IMG/VR virus record: IMGVR_UViG_3300011443_000006
Location: 1-48,857 of that record
DNA from: a virus
Lineage: Duplodnaviria > Caudoviricetes
Length of the DNA: 48,857 nt
Direction: 5' to 3' (one strand)
The notes below the pieces were generated by a model, which saw nothing but the letters and a program-made list of their open reading frames with translations, was not told the DNA's origin and searched no databases. Of the stretch, positions 35,261 through 42,678 are shown piece by piece. A program made the translations under genes and the position numbers. Every line of letters begins with the position of its first letter. The stretch's first letter is position 1.

Positions 35261-35451
35261 CTCAGCGCCCTCACTTGCCTTCCCTTAGCTTGCAGATGTG
35301 GTCATCGATCGAGTCCAGCAACGTCACCGCTGAATCCAGCGCCTCCACGATCGACTCAAGCCTGGCAGTGATCGCGTCCAGTTGCTCGACGGTCTTCTCC
35401 GGAAATGTCAGTTCTCGCGTCTCTTGCATGTCAGTCATCTCAGCGCCCTCA
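35254..35451 (-). repeat. 20-bp perfect direct repeat (35254-35273 and 35432-35451) flanking one small gene
   Basis: TGAGGGCGCTGAGATGACTG on the minus strand. Confidence 0.85.
35271..35438 (-). CDS. Small coiled-coil protein
   Basis: MTDMQETRELTFPEK..; ATGA coupling. Confidence 0.55.
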   Translation of the reverse strand: MTDMQETRELTFPEKTVEQLDAITARLESIVEALDSAVTLLDSIDDHICKLREGK

Positions 35452-35773
35452 AGGCTTCCGTTTCGACTCGGCACAGGTTTCGACAACTCCGCAACATCTC
35501 GATCACTAACTCGCGCGTATCCTTCGCTTCCCGCTTCCGCTGATACTCCGGCGTGACCTCGGACATCACCCGAGCCCGGTTCGTCGCCTTCTCCGTCTGG
35601 AGGCACCCCAGGAGCACCTGTGCATACGCCACGTCCGCCTCGCGTATCTCCGCTGCACAGTTCCCCAGGAGTGCCGCCAGCTTGTTGTCCAGTTCCGCCG
35701 CACGGTGGGGCGTGATGTCCGTCAGCAATAGCTCCTTCTGGATTGCCGCCACCATGTCGCGGATCGTGGTCAT
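35435..35773 (-). CDS. Helical hypothetical protein of the recombination module
   Basis: 112 aa, directly after the SSB-like gene. Confidence 0.65.
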   Translation of the reverse strand: MTTIRDMVAAIQKELLLTDITPHRAAELDNKLAALLGNCAAEIREADVAYAQVLLGCLQTEKATNRARVMSEVTPEYQRKREAKDTRELVIEMLRSCRNLCRVETEALRALR

Positions 35774-35776
35774 GGC

Positions 35777-35983
35777 CTAGAACGGGACGCCGTCGTCTGT
35801 GGCTTCGCCGCGTGGCTTGGACTTCAAGATCCGCCAGTCAGGAGACTTCTCGCTGCGCTTCTTGTCGTTGCGGAACACGACCACCTTCTGGTCGCCGATC
35901 TGCCCGGTCATGTATTCGCCACGGGCGCTCGTCTTGACCCACAGTACGCCCAACTCGTTGGGGTCTTTCTCAAATTCAGGCAC
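35777..35983 (-). CDS. Small SSB-like protein (DUF736-like)
   Basis: LGVLW.K..G.YMTG..VVFRN..K..K.PDWRI; acidic tail DDGVPF; TAGTG coupling to ERF. Confidence 0.65.
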   Translation of the reverse strand: MPEFEKDPNELGVLWVKTSARGEYMTGQIGDQKVVVFRNDKKRSEKSPDWRILKSKPRGEATDDGVPF

Positions 35984-36813
35984 TAGAAGGCTCCGGGCGC
36001 GGCTGCGCCATTCGACTTGGCCGGCGGCTGTTCGACTTCTGGCCGATACCGCTGGATGGTGGAAATCACCGTGTTCCCCTTGCTGTTCCGCTCCGTCGTG
36101 ATTTCCACGATGGCCTTGTCTTGGCACAGCTGCGTGACCGCGTTCAGCCCTGATTCGCGCGCATCGGCTGAAATCGGAACCGTCTGTTCCTCGCCGGTAT
36201 CACTGACGAACGTCACGTCAGCCCAGGAAATCGGCCCCTTGCTCTTGGGCACGACCTTGATGATCCGGGCCGTCCCCTTCGGCAGCACTTCCTTCGGCCC
36301 CGGCTTCGACACGCGCACCGTCTTATCGCCAGCCACGTCATCGCCCTTGCCGTCCCGCTCCGGGTCGTCGCCGGTTGGGATTAGGAATGTCTTCATCAGG
36401 AAATACTTCTCACCGCCAGTGATGGCTTTATAGAGCCCCTTGTCGTCCTTGTCCGTCCCGGCTCCGCGCCACTGGAACGACATCCGCTCGCCGGAGTCGC
36501 CGTCGCAGAACGCGAAGACCATGTCAATCGTGGTGAGATGGCTCCCTTTCTCGCCGATGGCTTCGCGCCGCTCGCCGTAGATGGCCGGAAACAACATCAC
36601 GTTCCGCAGCGCAAGTTCCCGCCGCACAGCCTCAACGATGTCCGCCTCGGTGACGTAGTCGTAGTTATGGAAGCTGTTGTGGCCGCGCTTCGCGATCCGG
36701 TTAATAGCCGCCATCACGGCCGCGAGCTTACTCACCAGTGTTTGCCCACCCTGGGCCTTGGCGACACTCGCCTTCAGGTCGCTTTCTAATGTCTCGTCAG
36801 TCGTTGTCAGCAT
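35983..36813 (-). CDS. erf: ERF-family single-strand annealing protein
   Basis: KRGHNSFHNYDY..EADI, G.G.D..DKG.YKAITG..KYFLMKTFLIPTGDDPE. Confidence 0.85.
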   Translation of the reverse strand: MLTTTDETLESDLKASVAKAQGGQTLVSKLAAVMAAINRIAKRGHNSFHNYDYVTEADIVEAVRRELALRNVMLFPAIYGERREAIGEKGSHLTTIDMVFAFCDGDSGERMSFQWRGAGTDKDDKGLYKAITGGEKYFLMKTFLIPTGDDPERDGKGDDVAGDKTVRVSKPGPKEVLPKGTARIIKVVPKSKGPISWADVTFVSDTGEEQTVPISADARESGLNAVTQLCQDKAIVEITTERNSKGNTVISTIQRYRPEVEQPPAKSNGAAAPGAF

Positions 36814-36922
36814 TTCGCCCCCTTCAGTAGCTCGCGCAGACACTCGATCCGTGACCCGTCCCGGCGTAACTGCTGACGCCTGCGCCAAGCACGCCAGCGT
36901 GATCGCCACGTGCGAAGTAGGG

Positions 36923-37552
36923 TCATACCGCCTCCACGGGCACCAAATAGAGCCACTGACACCCCGGCGCCTTGAGGTCGATCAGAATCTCCACCACCAT
37001 CTCAGCAAAGGCGCCGAGGCGCGCATCGCGCGCCGATGCGGCGGCGGCGTCGGCGGCGGCGGCGGCGGCGGCGGAGGCGTAGGCGGAGGCGGCGGCGGAG
37101 GCGGCGGCGCAGGCGGCGGCGCAGGCCTCGCGCGTGCCTTCCGCCCCACATCGTACGGCCGCTGCCTCCAGCGCGTCCGCGTGCGTCGGATTCACCGTAG
37201 CCGCCGCCCGGAGCGCAGGCGGCACCACGCGTCGGATCGTGACGTCCACCACACGTCGCACGAACTCTTCTCCGTCTAAGACGCCAGCCGAGCCCAGTTG
37301 CGCCAGCGCCAACCGCCGCAAGCCTTTCGCCCGCGCCTGATTCGATGACCACGCGGAATCGTTGATGCGTATTTTCAGACGACGCAGCGCCGGATCCACG
37401 CACCCAGGATCGTCACCATGCGGCAATCCCATCGCATAGCACACGGCCGCCTCCACGCACATCTGGCCGGCGAAAGGCCTGCCAACCCCAGACACCAACC
37501 CAGCATCGACGGTGTCCCGAACCTTCGTCGCCATCTCGCGCGTGATGTTCAT
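36923..37552 (-). CDS. Conserved phage protein with poly-Ala tract
   Basis: MCVEAAV..G.PH.D.P.CV..I.IND..R..L; Ala tract at about 37036-37125. Confidence 0.7.
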   Translation of the reverse strand: MNITREMATKVRDTVDAGLVSGVGRPFAGQMCVEAAVCYAMGLPHGDDPGCVDPALRRLKIRINDSAWSSNQARAKGLRRLALAQLGSAGVLDGEEFVRRVVDVTIRRVVPPALRAAATVNPTHADALEAAAVRCGAEGTREACAAACAAASAAASAYASAAAAAAADAAAASARDARLGAFAEMVVEILIDLKAPGCQWLYLVPVEAV

Positions 37553-37800
37553 TCGGACACCTCGAAATACGAGTCGATGTACGCCTTGCTGTCCTCTGGC
37601 CGACCAGCCGCCGAGAAGTGCCCAGCCTTGAAAATCAGCGCACACTGAATCCGCTCGAAGGTCGCCTCGGATACCACCAGCATCCGGCGCCGGTCTACCC
37701 ATGACGGCTTGGTCACGATGTGCGCGCCGGCATGTTCCGGCTCTCGCCCGCACACGCCCGGCTCTGGGTTGACCGCCCCGCACTTATCGCCGCCGAGCAT
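37549..37800 (-). CDS. Hypothetical protein
   Basis: C..C...EH.G.H motif; ATGA coupling. Confidence 0.45.
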   Translation of the reverse strand: MLGGDKCGAVNPEPGVCGREPEHAGAHIVTKPSWVDRRRMLVVSEATFERIQCALIFKAGHFSAAGRPEDSKAYIDSYFEVSE

Positions 37801-38131
37801 CGGAGCCTCGCGAGAATGCCACTTGCCGCCGATGCCGATGTACCGCCGTCGCCAGGTTGTAGAGCGGAAACACCGCGAACCAGATGCCCACACAGAGCCC
37901 GAACACCGTGCCAGCCAAGAATGTGTCAGTCATTCGTCACCCCCAAACACCGCGTAGCAGAGCGCCATCATTACCAGCACCACAATAGCAATCGACCAGT
38001 AGTCAATAGCCATCGCCGCCCTCACCGTAGTCATCTGGCTTCGGTTCTCGCGCCGCCATCGCCCGGAAGAACACCGAGACGACATAGCCCACCACGACGC
38101 TAACCGCGAACAGCAGCGACAGCCACATCAT
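37784..38131 (-). CDS. Three consecutive tiny single-TM ORFs (38131-38003, 38013-37930, 37933-37784)
   Basis: MMWLSLLFAVSVVVGY.., MAIDYWSIAIVVLVMMALCYAVF.., MTDTFLAGTVFGLCVGIWFAVFPLY..; overlapping starts/stops. Confidence 0.45.
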
Positions 38132-38325
38132 GATTCCCTGTTCCACTCGCCCAGATAGGCGTCAGGCGCAGGCATCGCCACGTACAGCGCCGCTTGCTGG
38201 TGCCTCAACTCCAGCTCCACATAGCGCGACAAGGTCTCCAGCTTGTGGACAAACTGCTCCGGCGTGATTGCGCCAGACTCCTGTTGACGGCGCCAGATGT
38301 CCATGAGTGCGTCGATGGATGTCAT
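38128..38325 (-). CDS. Hypothetical protein
   Basis: MTSIDALMDIW..; GGAGG RBS; ATGA coupling. Confidence 0.55.
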   Translation of the reverse strand: MTSIDALMDIWRRQQESGAITPEQFVHKLETLSRYVELELRHQQAALYVAMPAPDAYLGEWNRES

Positions 38326-38528
38326 CGGTACCTCCCCTCGAACCACGCCATCTCCCGCTCGTCATCGACATGGTCGTCGAACTGCGCGGCCCGCTGCTGG
38401 TCCTCACAGTCAGGACAAATGGTCCCCTCGTCAGGCTCCAGAGGCGTGGAGCAGTGACGGCACACCACAGGCGGCTCCGCGCCGTAGTCGAGTTGTTCGT
38501 CAGCATCAGGCTCATAACTACGATTCAT
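38322..38528 (-). CDS. Acidic zinc-finger protein
   Basis: MNRSYEPD..CRHC..CPDC; AGGAG RBS. Confidence 0.55.
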   Translation of the reverse strand: MNRSYEPDADEQLDYGAEPPVVCRHCSTPLEPDEGTICPDCEDQQRAAQFDDHVDDEREMAWFEGRYR

Positions 38529-38703
38529 CGTCGGCTCCTTTCGGCCACTTGTCGGTGTCCGCGCCACAGAGCGGGCACTCCATTTGCCGCACGCGCGTTT
38601 CACACAGCAGGCAATACCGACTCGGCAATTTCGGCTGCTTCCCGTTGCCGGTCATGCGAAGACCCTCGCGAACACCGAGTGCCCACTGCTCAAGCTCGTC
38701 CAT
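38518..38703 (-). CDS. Small zinc-ribbon protein
   Basis: YCLLC..ECPLCG; directly after the Cro-like gene. Confidence 0.55.
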   Translation of the reverse strand: MDELEQWALGVREGLRMTGNGKQPKLPSRYCLLCETRVRQMECPLCGADTDKWPKGADDES

Positions 38704-38907
38704 TTAGCCCTGCCGTTTCTTGACGGTGTCGAGAAACATCCGCATCGCGTGCAACGTAATCTCGCTGGGCACGCAAGCCCGAGACAGCGACTTGTGCAGC
38801 ACAGACAGGGAGACGCCGACTTGCTCGGCAAGTACCCTGAATGGCAGCTTGTTGTGTACCCGGTACTGGTGGAGTTCGACCACCTCGCGATACAGATGCT
38901 TTGACAT
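38704..38907 (-). CDS. Cro/XRE-like HTH regulator
   Basis: L..YR..L.FRVLAEQVGVSLSVLHK; first gene below a consensus promoter. Confidence 0.7.
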   Translation of the reverse strand: MSKHLYREVVELHQYRVHNKLPFRVLAEQVGVSLSVLHKSLSRACVPSEITLHAMRMFLDTVKKRQG

Positions 38908-38917
38908 GACTGCGGGG

Positions 38918-38946
38918 ATAGTAGACACAACCCAGGGCCGTGTCAA
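38918..38946 (-). promoter_or_regulatory. Sigma70-like promoter of the replication operon
   Basis: TTGACA-17 bp-TACTAT, ending 10 nt before the ATG. Confidence 0.75.
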
Positions 38947-39129
38947 GCGAAAAAGGAGAGCCTACCATTGGCTGGCACGCACAGGAACGGAACGGCCGGA
39001 ACCTTATCACAGAACAGTCGGAACGCCGTGTTCGCTATTTGACGCTCCTTCGGCCTATTTGCCAACGCAAGGCAATCGACATGTTTCTGGCAAGTGTCGA
39101 TGTTCCATGCCTTTATCGACATATGCAGC

Positions 39130-39168
39130 AAAGAAAAAGGCCCCAGCAGGGAGCAACCCACCGGGGCC
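39130..39168 (-). terminator. Rho-independent terminator
   Basis: GGCCCCGGUGGG-UUGCU-CCCUGCUGGGGCC followed by UUUUUCUUU. Confidence 0.8.
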
Positions 39169-39208
39169 AACTGGAGACAGGATGACGGGATGACTAGGCC
39201 CGACGACT
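39130..39208 (-). ncRNA. Candidate trans-acting anti-RBS small RNA (~80 nt)
   Basis: Upstream TTGTGT-17-TATGCT and TGcTAGACT; seed CCUAGUCAUCCCGUCAUCCUGUCUCCAGUU; intrinsic terminator; no ORF. Confidence 0.6.
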
Positions 39209-39312
39209 CAGTCTAGCATAGTGCGGGCACGACGTAGACACAACCTCCGTCCCCGTGAAAGATAGAGGCTTCCCAGGTCTACGTCGCGCCAACCTTGAGA
39301 TAGAATAACCGT

Positions 39313-39591
39313 ATGACTAGGTTCTCGATGTATCAGCCGGCCGATCCGCTACCGCAAACGCCGACGTGGGACGACATGATCCGGCTCGCCCGTCACAGCC
39401 CGATTGTGCATCAGGTGGTCACGCTCGTTGAACGCGGAGACATCTCCCGCGAGGAAGCGCTTATCAGGCTGGCCCACGCGCAGCACGAACACTTCCGCGC
39501 GCTATTCGATACACACTGCGACCTTGTGAACATCACGGCGATGCCGTATCGGTTTGTCCTCATGCCAGACGGGACAGCCAAAGAGCTATAG
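39313..39591 (+). CDS. Hypothetical helical protein, probably leaderless
   Basis: TAGAAT ends 6 nt before the ATG; no SD. Confidence 0.65.
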   Translation: MTRFSMYQPADPLPQTPTWDDMIRLARHSPIVHQVVTLVERGDISREEALIRLAHAQHEHFRALFDTHCDLVNITAMPYRFVLMPDGTAKEL

Positions 39592-39629
39592 CGTCCCCTC
39601 CACGCGCGGATCCTTCAGCCATTTCAGCA

Positions 39630-39797
39630 TTACAGATACGCCTCGATCCGCGTTGGCCAGATCACGATCCCCCCTTGGACCCGGCATTGTTTCCCGCAGC
39701 ACCAGCACCAGCAGAGCAGCACGCCACCCGGCTCTGGCGGCGCCGCTGAGTCCAGCGATTTATTGGCATTGCAGTGTGGGCAGTCTGGCAGCTCCAT
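39630..39797 (-). CDS. Small zinc-ribbon protein
   Basis: MELPDCPHC..CWCWCCGK; TGATG coupling. Confidence 0.55.
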   Translation of the reverse strand: MELPDCPHCNANKSLDSAAPPEPGGVLLCWCWCCGKQCRVQGGIVIWPTRIEAYL

Positions 39798-40090
39798 CAC
39801 CTGACGCCGCCCTCGCGGGCGAGTCGTGCGTAGCCTTCGATGTCCAGCCAATGGTCTTCAAAACTGGCCTGTCCTGACAGGATACGCGAAATCTTGCACG
39901 CCATCATGTCTAAGGCTTCACGGTGCACCGGATCCATCGCGGACCAGTACGGCGATTGCCGGTAGAACTCGCGCAAGGCTTGGCCGTTGTGCGCGTTGTC
40001 GGCAAACTTGCCGTGAGTCTTGGCTCTGGTGTCGAGCACCTTGTCGGCCATCTCTCGCTCGATCACGACTGCATAGCTATCGCCGCCCAT
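39797..40090 (-). CDS. DUF6378-like phage protein
   Basis: L..R..THG.F..REALDM...KISRILSG..DHWLDI.GYA.L. Confidence 0.7.
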   Translation of the reverse strand: MGGDSYAVVIEREMADKVLDTRAKTHGKFADNAHNGQALREFYRQSPYWSAMDPVHREALDMMACKISRILSGQASFEDHWLDIEGYARLAREGGVR

Positions 40091-40104
40091 TATGTGGTTC
40101 TCCG

Positions 40105-40503
40105 TTATGGATACAGTTTACGACGTAAGAGCTGGCGGTGAATGGCGCCCACCAAGCCGTCTAGCACGATCGCGGTATGTTCCTCTGGACCGTCATCGTC
40201 GCCGGTTTCCAGGTTCGTCTGCCCGACTACTGGAATCGCCATCACGCCCAGCCGTTCCATATACCGGCACACGACGTGAAAACACTCATGCGTGAGCAGC
40301 GGATAACTGATGTTGCCTCTGGGAACGTGGATCGACGCGAGGTGCCGGCCCTTGAGCGGGGCATCCCAGAAGCACGCCGCCAACATGTGCCGCCCTCGAG
40401 GGCCAACGTGCGCGGCAAAATCGGCCTTGCGTTCGTAGACCGTGACGCCAACGGACAGCCGGATCCGCGCCCGTGGCACGCGCACGGAGAATGACGTGGT
40501 CAT
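40105..40503 (-). CDS. HExxH metallopeptidase-like protein
   Basis: Start MTTSFSV; LLTHECFH and downstream EEH.A. Confidence 0.6.
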   Translation of the reverse strand: MTTSFSVRVPRARIRLSVGVTVYERKADFAAHVGPRGRHMLAACFWDAPLKGRHLASIHVPRGNISYPLLTHECFHVVCRYMERLGVMAIPVVGQTNLETGDDDGPEEHTAIVLDGLVGAIHRQLLRRKLYP

Positions 40504-40535
40504 TCGGACGCCGCTCTCGCGTGGTAAAATGGGCT

Positions 40536-41282
40536 GTGTTTTGCGAGTGTGGCTGCGGTAGTCCGGCCCCTGTCGCCAAGATAACCAACCGCCGGCTCGG
40601 CCACCTTCAGGGACAACCCACCAGATACATACGCGGCCATCGCATGCGCGTTCGCCAACGCGAGCGCCCAAAGCCGTCCAGGCTGCCGTGCGAGTGCGGC
40701 TGCGGTCAACTCGCCGGCTTGCGAAAGGGGCGAGCGCAGCGGTTCATCCAGGGCCACAACGGAGCGGCCCAGCTCGCCACGCAGAAGTCTTCTGTTACCA
40801 GACTCGCCAACCTCCGCGCTGCCGTCTTCGAGAGCAACGCCAAGAGACTCGGCCAACGTCACACGCCGGAGCGCAGAGAGCGAATCGGCGCAGCCCTGAG
40901 AGGCAAGTACGTAGGCGAGCGCAGCAAGAACTGGAAAGGCGGCAGCTCCTATAAGTTGCAAGCCGGTAACAGGCAGCACATGGCCTGGGCTCGCGCCGTC
41001 AAACAGCGAGACGGCTATGCCTGCCAGCACTGCGGCCACCACTCCAAGCGCCGCCTGCACGCGCACCACATCAAAACGTGGCGCGACTACCCAGGCCTTC
41101 GGTTTGACGTCGCCAACGGGCTCACGCTCTGCAATGGGTGTCATGTGGCTGAGCACGCTAGACTCCGGGCTCTGACTTGCGGCCACGGATCCACTTCAGA
41201 AACAGAGCAGCGGTGTCAGGCTCAGGAAAGTACTGGAGCAGCCGGTTGTCGTCATCCGGGAATTGTGGTCTCACAACCATAA
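40536..41282 (+). CDS. HNH homing endonuclease (CECGCG x2, NUMOD3-like, HNH), inverted within the late operon
   Basis: CECGCG..(Y/F)I.GH repeats, HT.E.RE.I, NWKGG, RDGY.CQ.CG..LHAHHIK..NGLTLC..CH; TGgTAAAAT just before the GTG. Confidence 0.85.
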   Translation: MFCECGCGSPAPVAKITNRRLGHLQGQPTRYIRGHRMRVRQRERPKPSRLPCECGCGQLAGLRKGRAQRFIQGHNGAAQLATQKSSVTRLANLRAAVFESNAKRLGQRHTPERRERIGAALRGKYVGERSKNWKGGSSYKLQAGNRQHMAWARAVKQRDGYACQHCGHHSKRRLHAHHIKTWRDYPGLRFDVANGLTLCNGCHVAEHARLRALTCGHGSTSETEQRCQAQESTGAAGCRHPGIVVSQP

Positions 41283-42210
41283 CCGGGCATACTGAAAATG
41301 TCTGGTTCGGGAGCCCGTTTTCGTCGGCGTACCTGTCGTAGGTCTTGTAGGAACCAGTCCTCAGCGCGTAGGAAATCAGCCCCGACATCGGATCTCTGAG
41401 GATGTTGATCCCAGAGACGTGCTTGTGGCCTGCCACTAGGACGTGATCCCGCCAGCCGCGAAGCGCAGCCTTCGCTGGCCCGTGGACGGTATTAAATTCC
41501 GAGTGACCACGGAAATCGTGGCGGGCGTTGACGCGGATCACCCGCTTGCGCGGCGTCTCCAGGCCAAGCCGCACGCCGTGGGCTTCGTAGTTGACGCGCT
41601 GGGCGCGAGCCATCCAGATCGTCGGGTCACCAGCGCCGGACCAGCAATCATGGTTCCCTGCCACTAGCGCCAGCCAGTTCACGGCCCTGATGTACCACCC
41701 CACCAACACCCATGCCTCTGCCGCCGACAGCGATTGCTGGCCGTAAAGCCTCGCGAGCCTGCCGATCCAGTTGTTCTGGTTGTCGCCAATTCCAATAGGG
41801 AAAATGGCCTGATTCTTCTGGAAAATGGCGACGTGCGCACGAACCAGATCGATGTCCGTCCCGTCATCGTCCAAGTGCGGGTCACCAGGGATAGCCACGC
41901 CAAACGGGCCGTCCAGCTTGACCTGCACGTTAATTAGGTGCCGCGCCTCCTTGGCATCCTTCTTCCTAGCGAACTGCTTGGACCGCCGCGCGATTAGTTC
42001 GTCGGCCGTAGGAAGCTCATCCGGCAGTGGCTCAACTTCGAATACCGGCTCCGGCTCTTCCGCGAGCACTTGCAGGGCTCGATTGTGGCGGTGCTGGAGC
42101 GTGTTGCGCGAGATGCCTTCAGCCTTCGCCGCCGCCATCAGGCTTGGGTACGCGTTGACGAGCGCCACCGTCTCGCGCGCCACCTCTGGGGAGAGAGGGG
42201 GATACGCCAT
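41158..42210 (-). CDS. Calcineurin-like metallophosphoesterase with N-terminal HTH
   Basis: GDPH, GD, GNHD, H, GHKH motifs; AAKAEGISRNTL HTH. Confidence 0.85.
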   Translation of the reverse strand: MAYPPLSPEVARETVALVNAYPSLMAAAKAEGISRNTLQHRHNRALQVLAEEPEPVFEVEPLPDELPTADELIARRSKQFARKKDAKEARHLINVQVKLDGPFGVAIPGDPHLDDDGTDIDLVRAHVAIFQKNQAIFPIGIGDNQNNWIGRLARLYGQQSLSAAEAWVLVGWYIRAVNWLALVAGNHDCWSGAGDPTIWMARAQRVNYEAHGVRLGLETPRKRVIRVNARHDFRGHSEFNTVHGPAKAALRGWRDHVLVAGHKHVSGINILRDPMSGLISYALRTGSYKTYDRYADENGLPNQTFSVCPVMVVRPQFPDDDNRLLQYFPEPDTAALFLKWIRGRKSEPGV

Positions 42211-42488
42211 TAGGCGGATTCGGCGTTTCGCTCTCGAATCGACTCAAAGAGCAAATGGACGCCGGTCACCAAATGGTCTACCGCTACCTTGAACTTCGCG
42301 TCATCGGCGACGTTGCGGTGCAGCCTGCGCTCTAGCCGCTTCAGGCCGACCGTCAACAGATTGACGGCTATCTCTTTATGATGGTCCGGGCTGTCTAAGC
42401 CTTCGTCGGAGGTCGATTGGTCCTTGGCTTGCAGATAGGCGTCAAAGACCAGCCGGAGAATGTGGACAACGATAGCCGCCGTGGTCAT
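42210..42488 (-). CDS. Hypothetical helical protein
   Basis: 92 aa; GAGG RBS; TAATG coupling. Confidence 0.6.
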   Translation of the reverse strand: MTTAAIVVHILRLVFDAYLQAKDQSTSDEGLDSPDHHKEIAVNLLTVGLKRLERRLHRNVADDAKFKVAVDHLVTGVHLLFESIRERNAESA

Positions 42489-42525
42489 GGGGGAGCCTCA
42501 CTAGTGTGTTACGCTTCCGGGTCAT

Positions 42526-42678
42526 ATGCGTCGGTGGCTGATTGACATTCCAGCGGTCATTGTGACCGTGTGGCTTCGCCTGTACTGGGCGGCGCTCACG
42601 ATTTTAACCGCTGGGCTGCTCGTCACTCTGCTTACGGCATCACTGGCTGGGTTTCTAGGTTGGCGCTGGGGCTGGTAG
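42526..42678 (+). CDS. Small hydrophobic membrane protein, superinfection-exclusion candidate (not in ORF track)
   Basis: MRRWLIDIPAVIVTVWLRLYWAALTILTAGLLVTLLTASLAGFLGWRWGW; TGtTACGCT upstream. Confidence 0.45.
   Translation: MRRWLIDIPAVIVTVWLRLYWAALTILTAGLLVTLLTASLAGFLGWRWGW

Noticed and set aside
39171-39193. Plus-strand RBS with mini-ORF Met-Thr-Gly-stop
   Set aside because: Promoter-like sequence and terminator U-tract both point to the minus strand; kept only as the alternative to the sRNA model.
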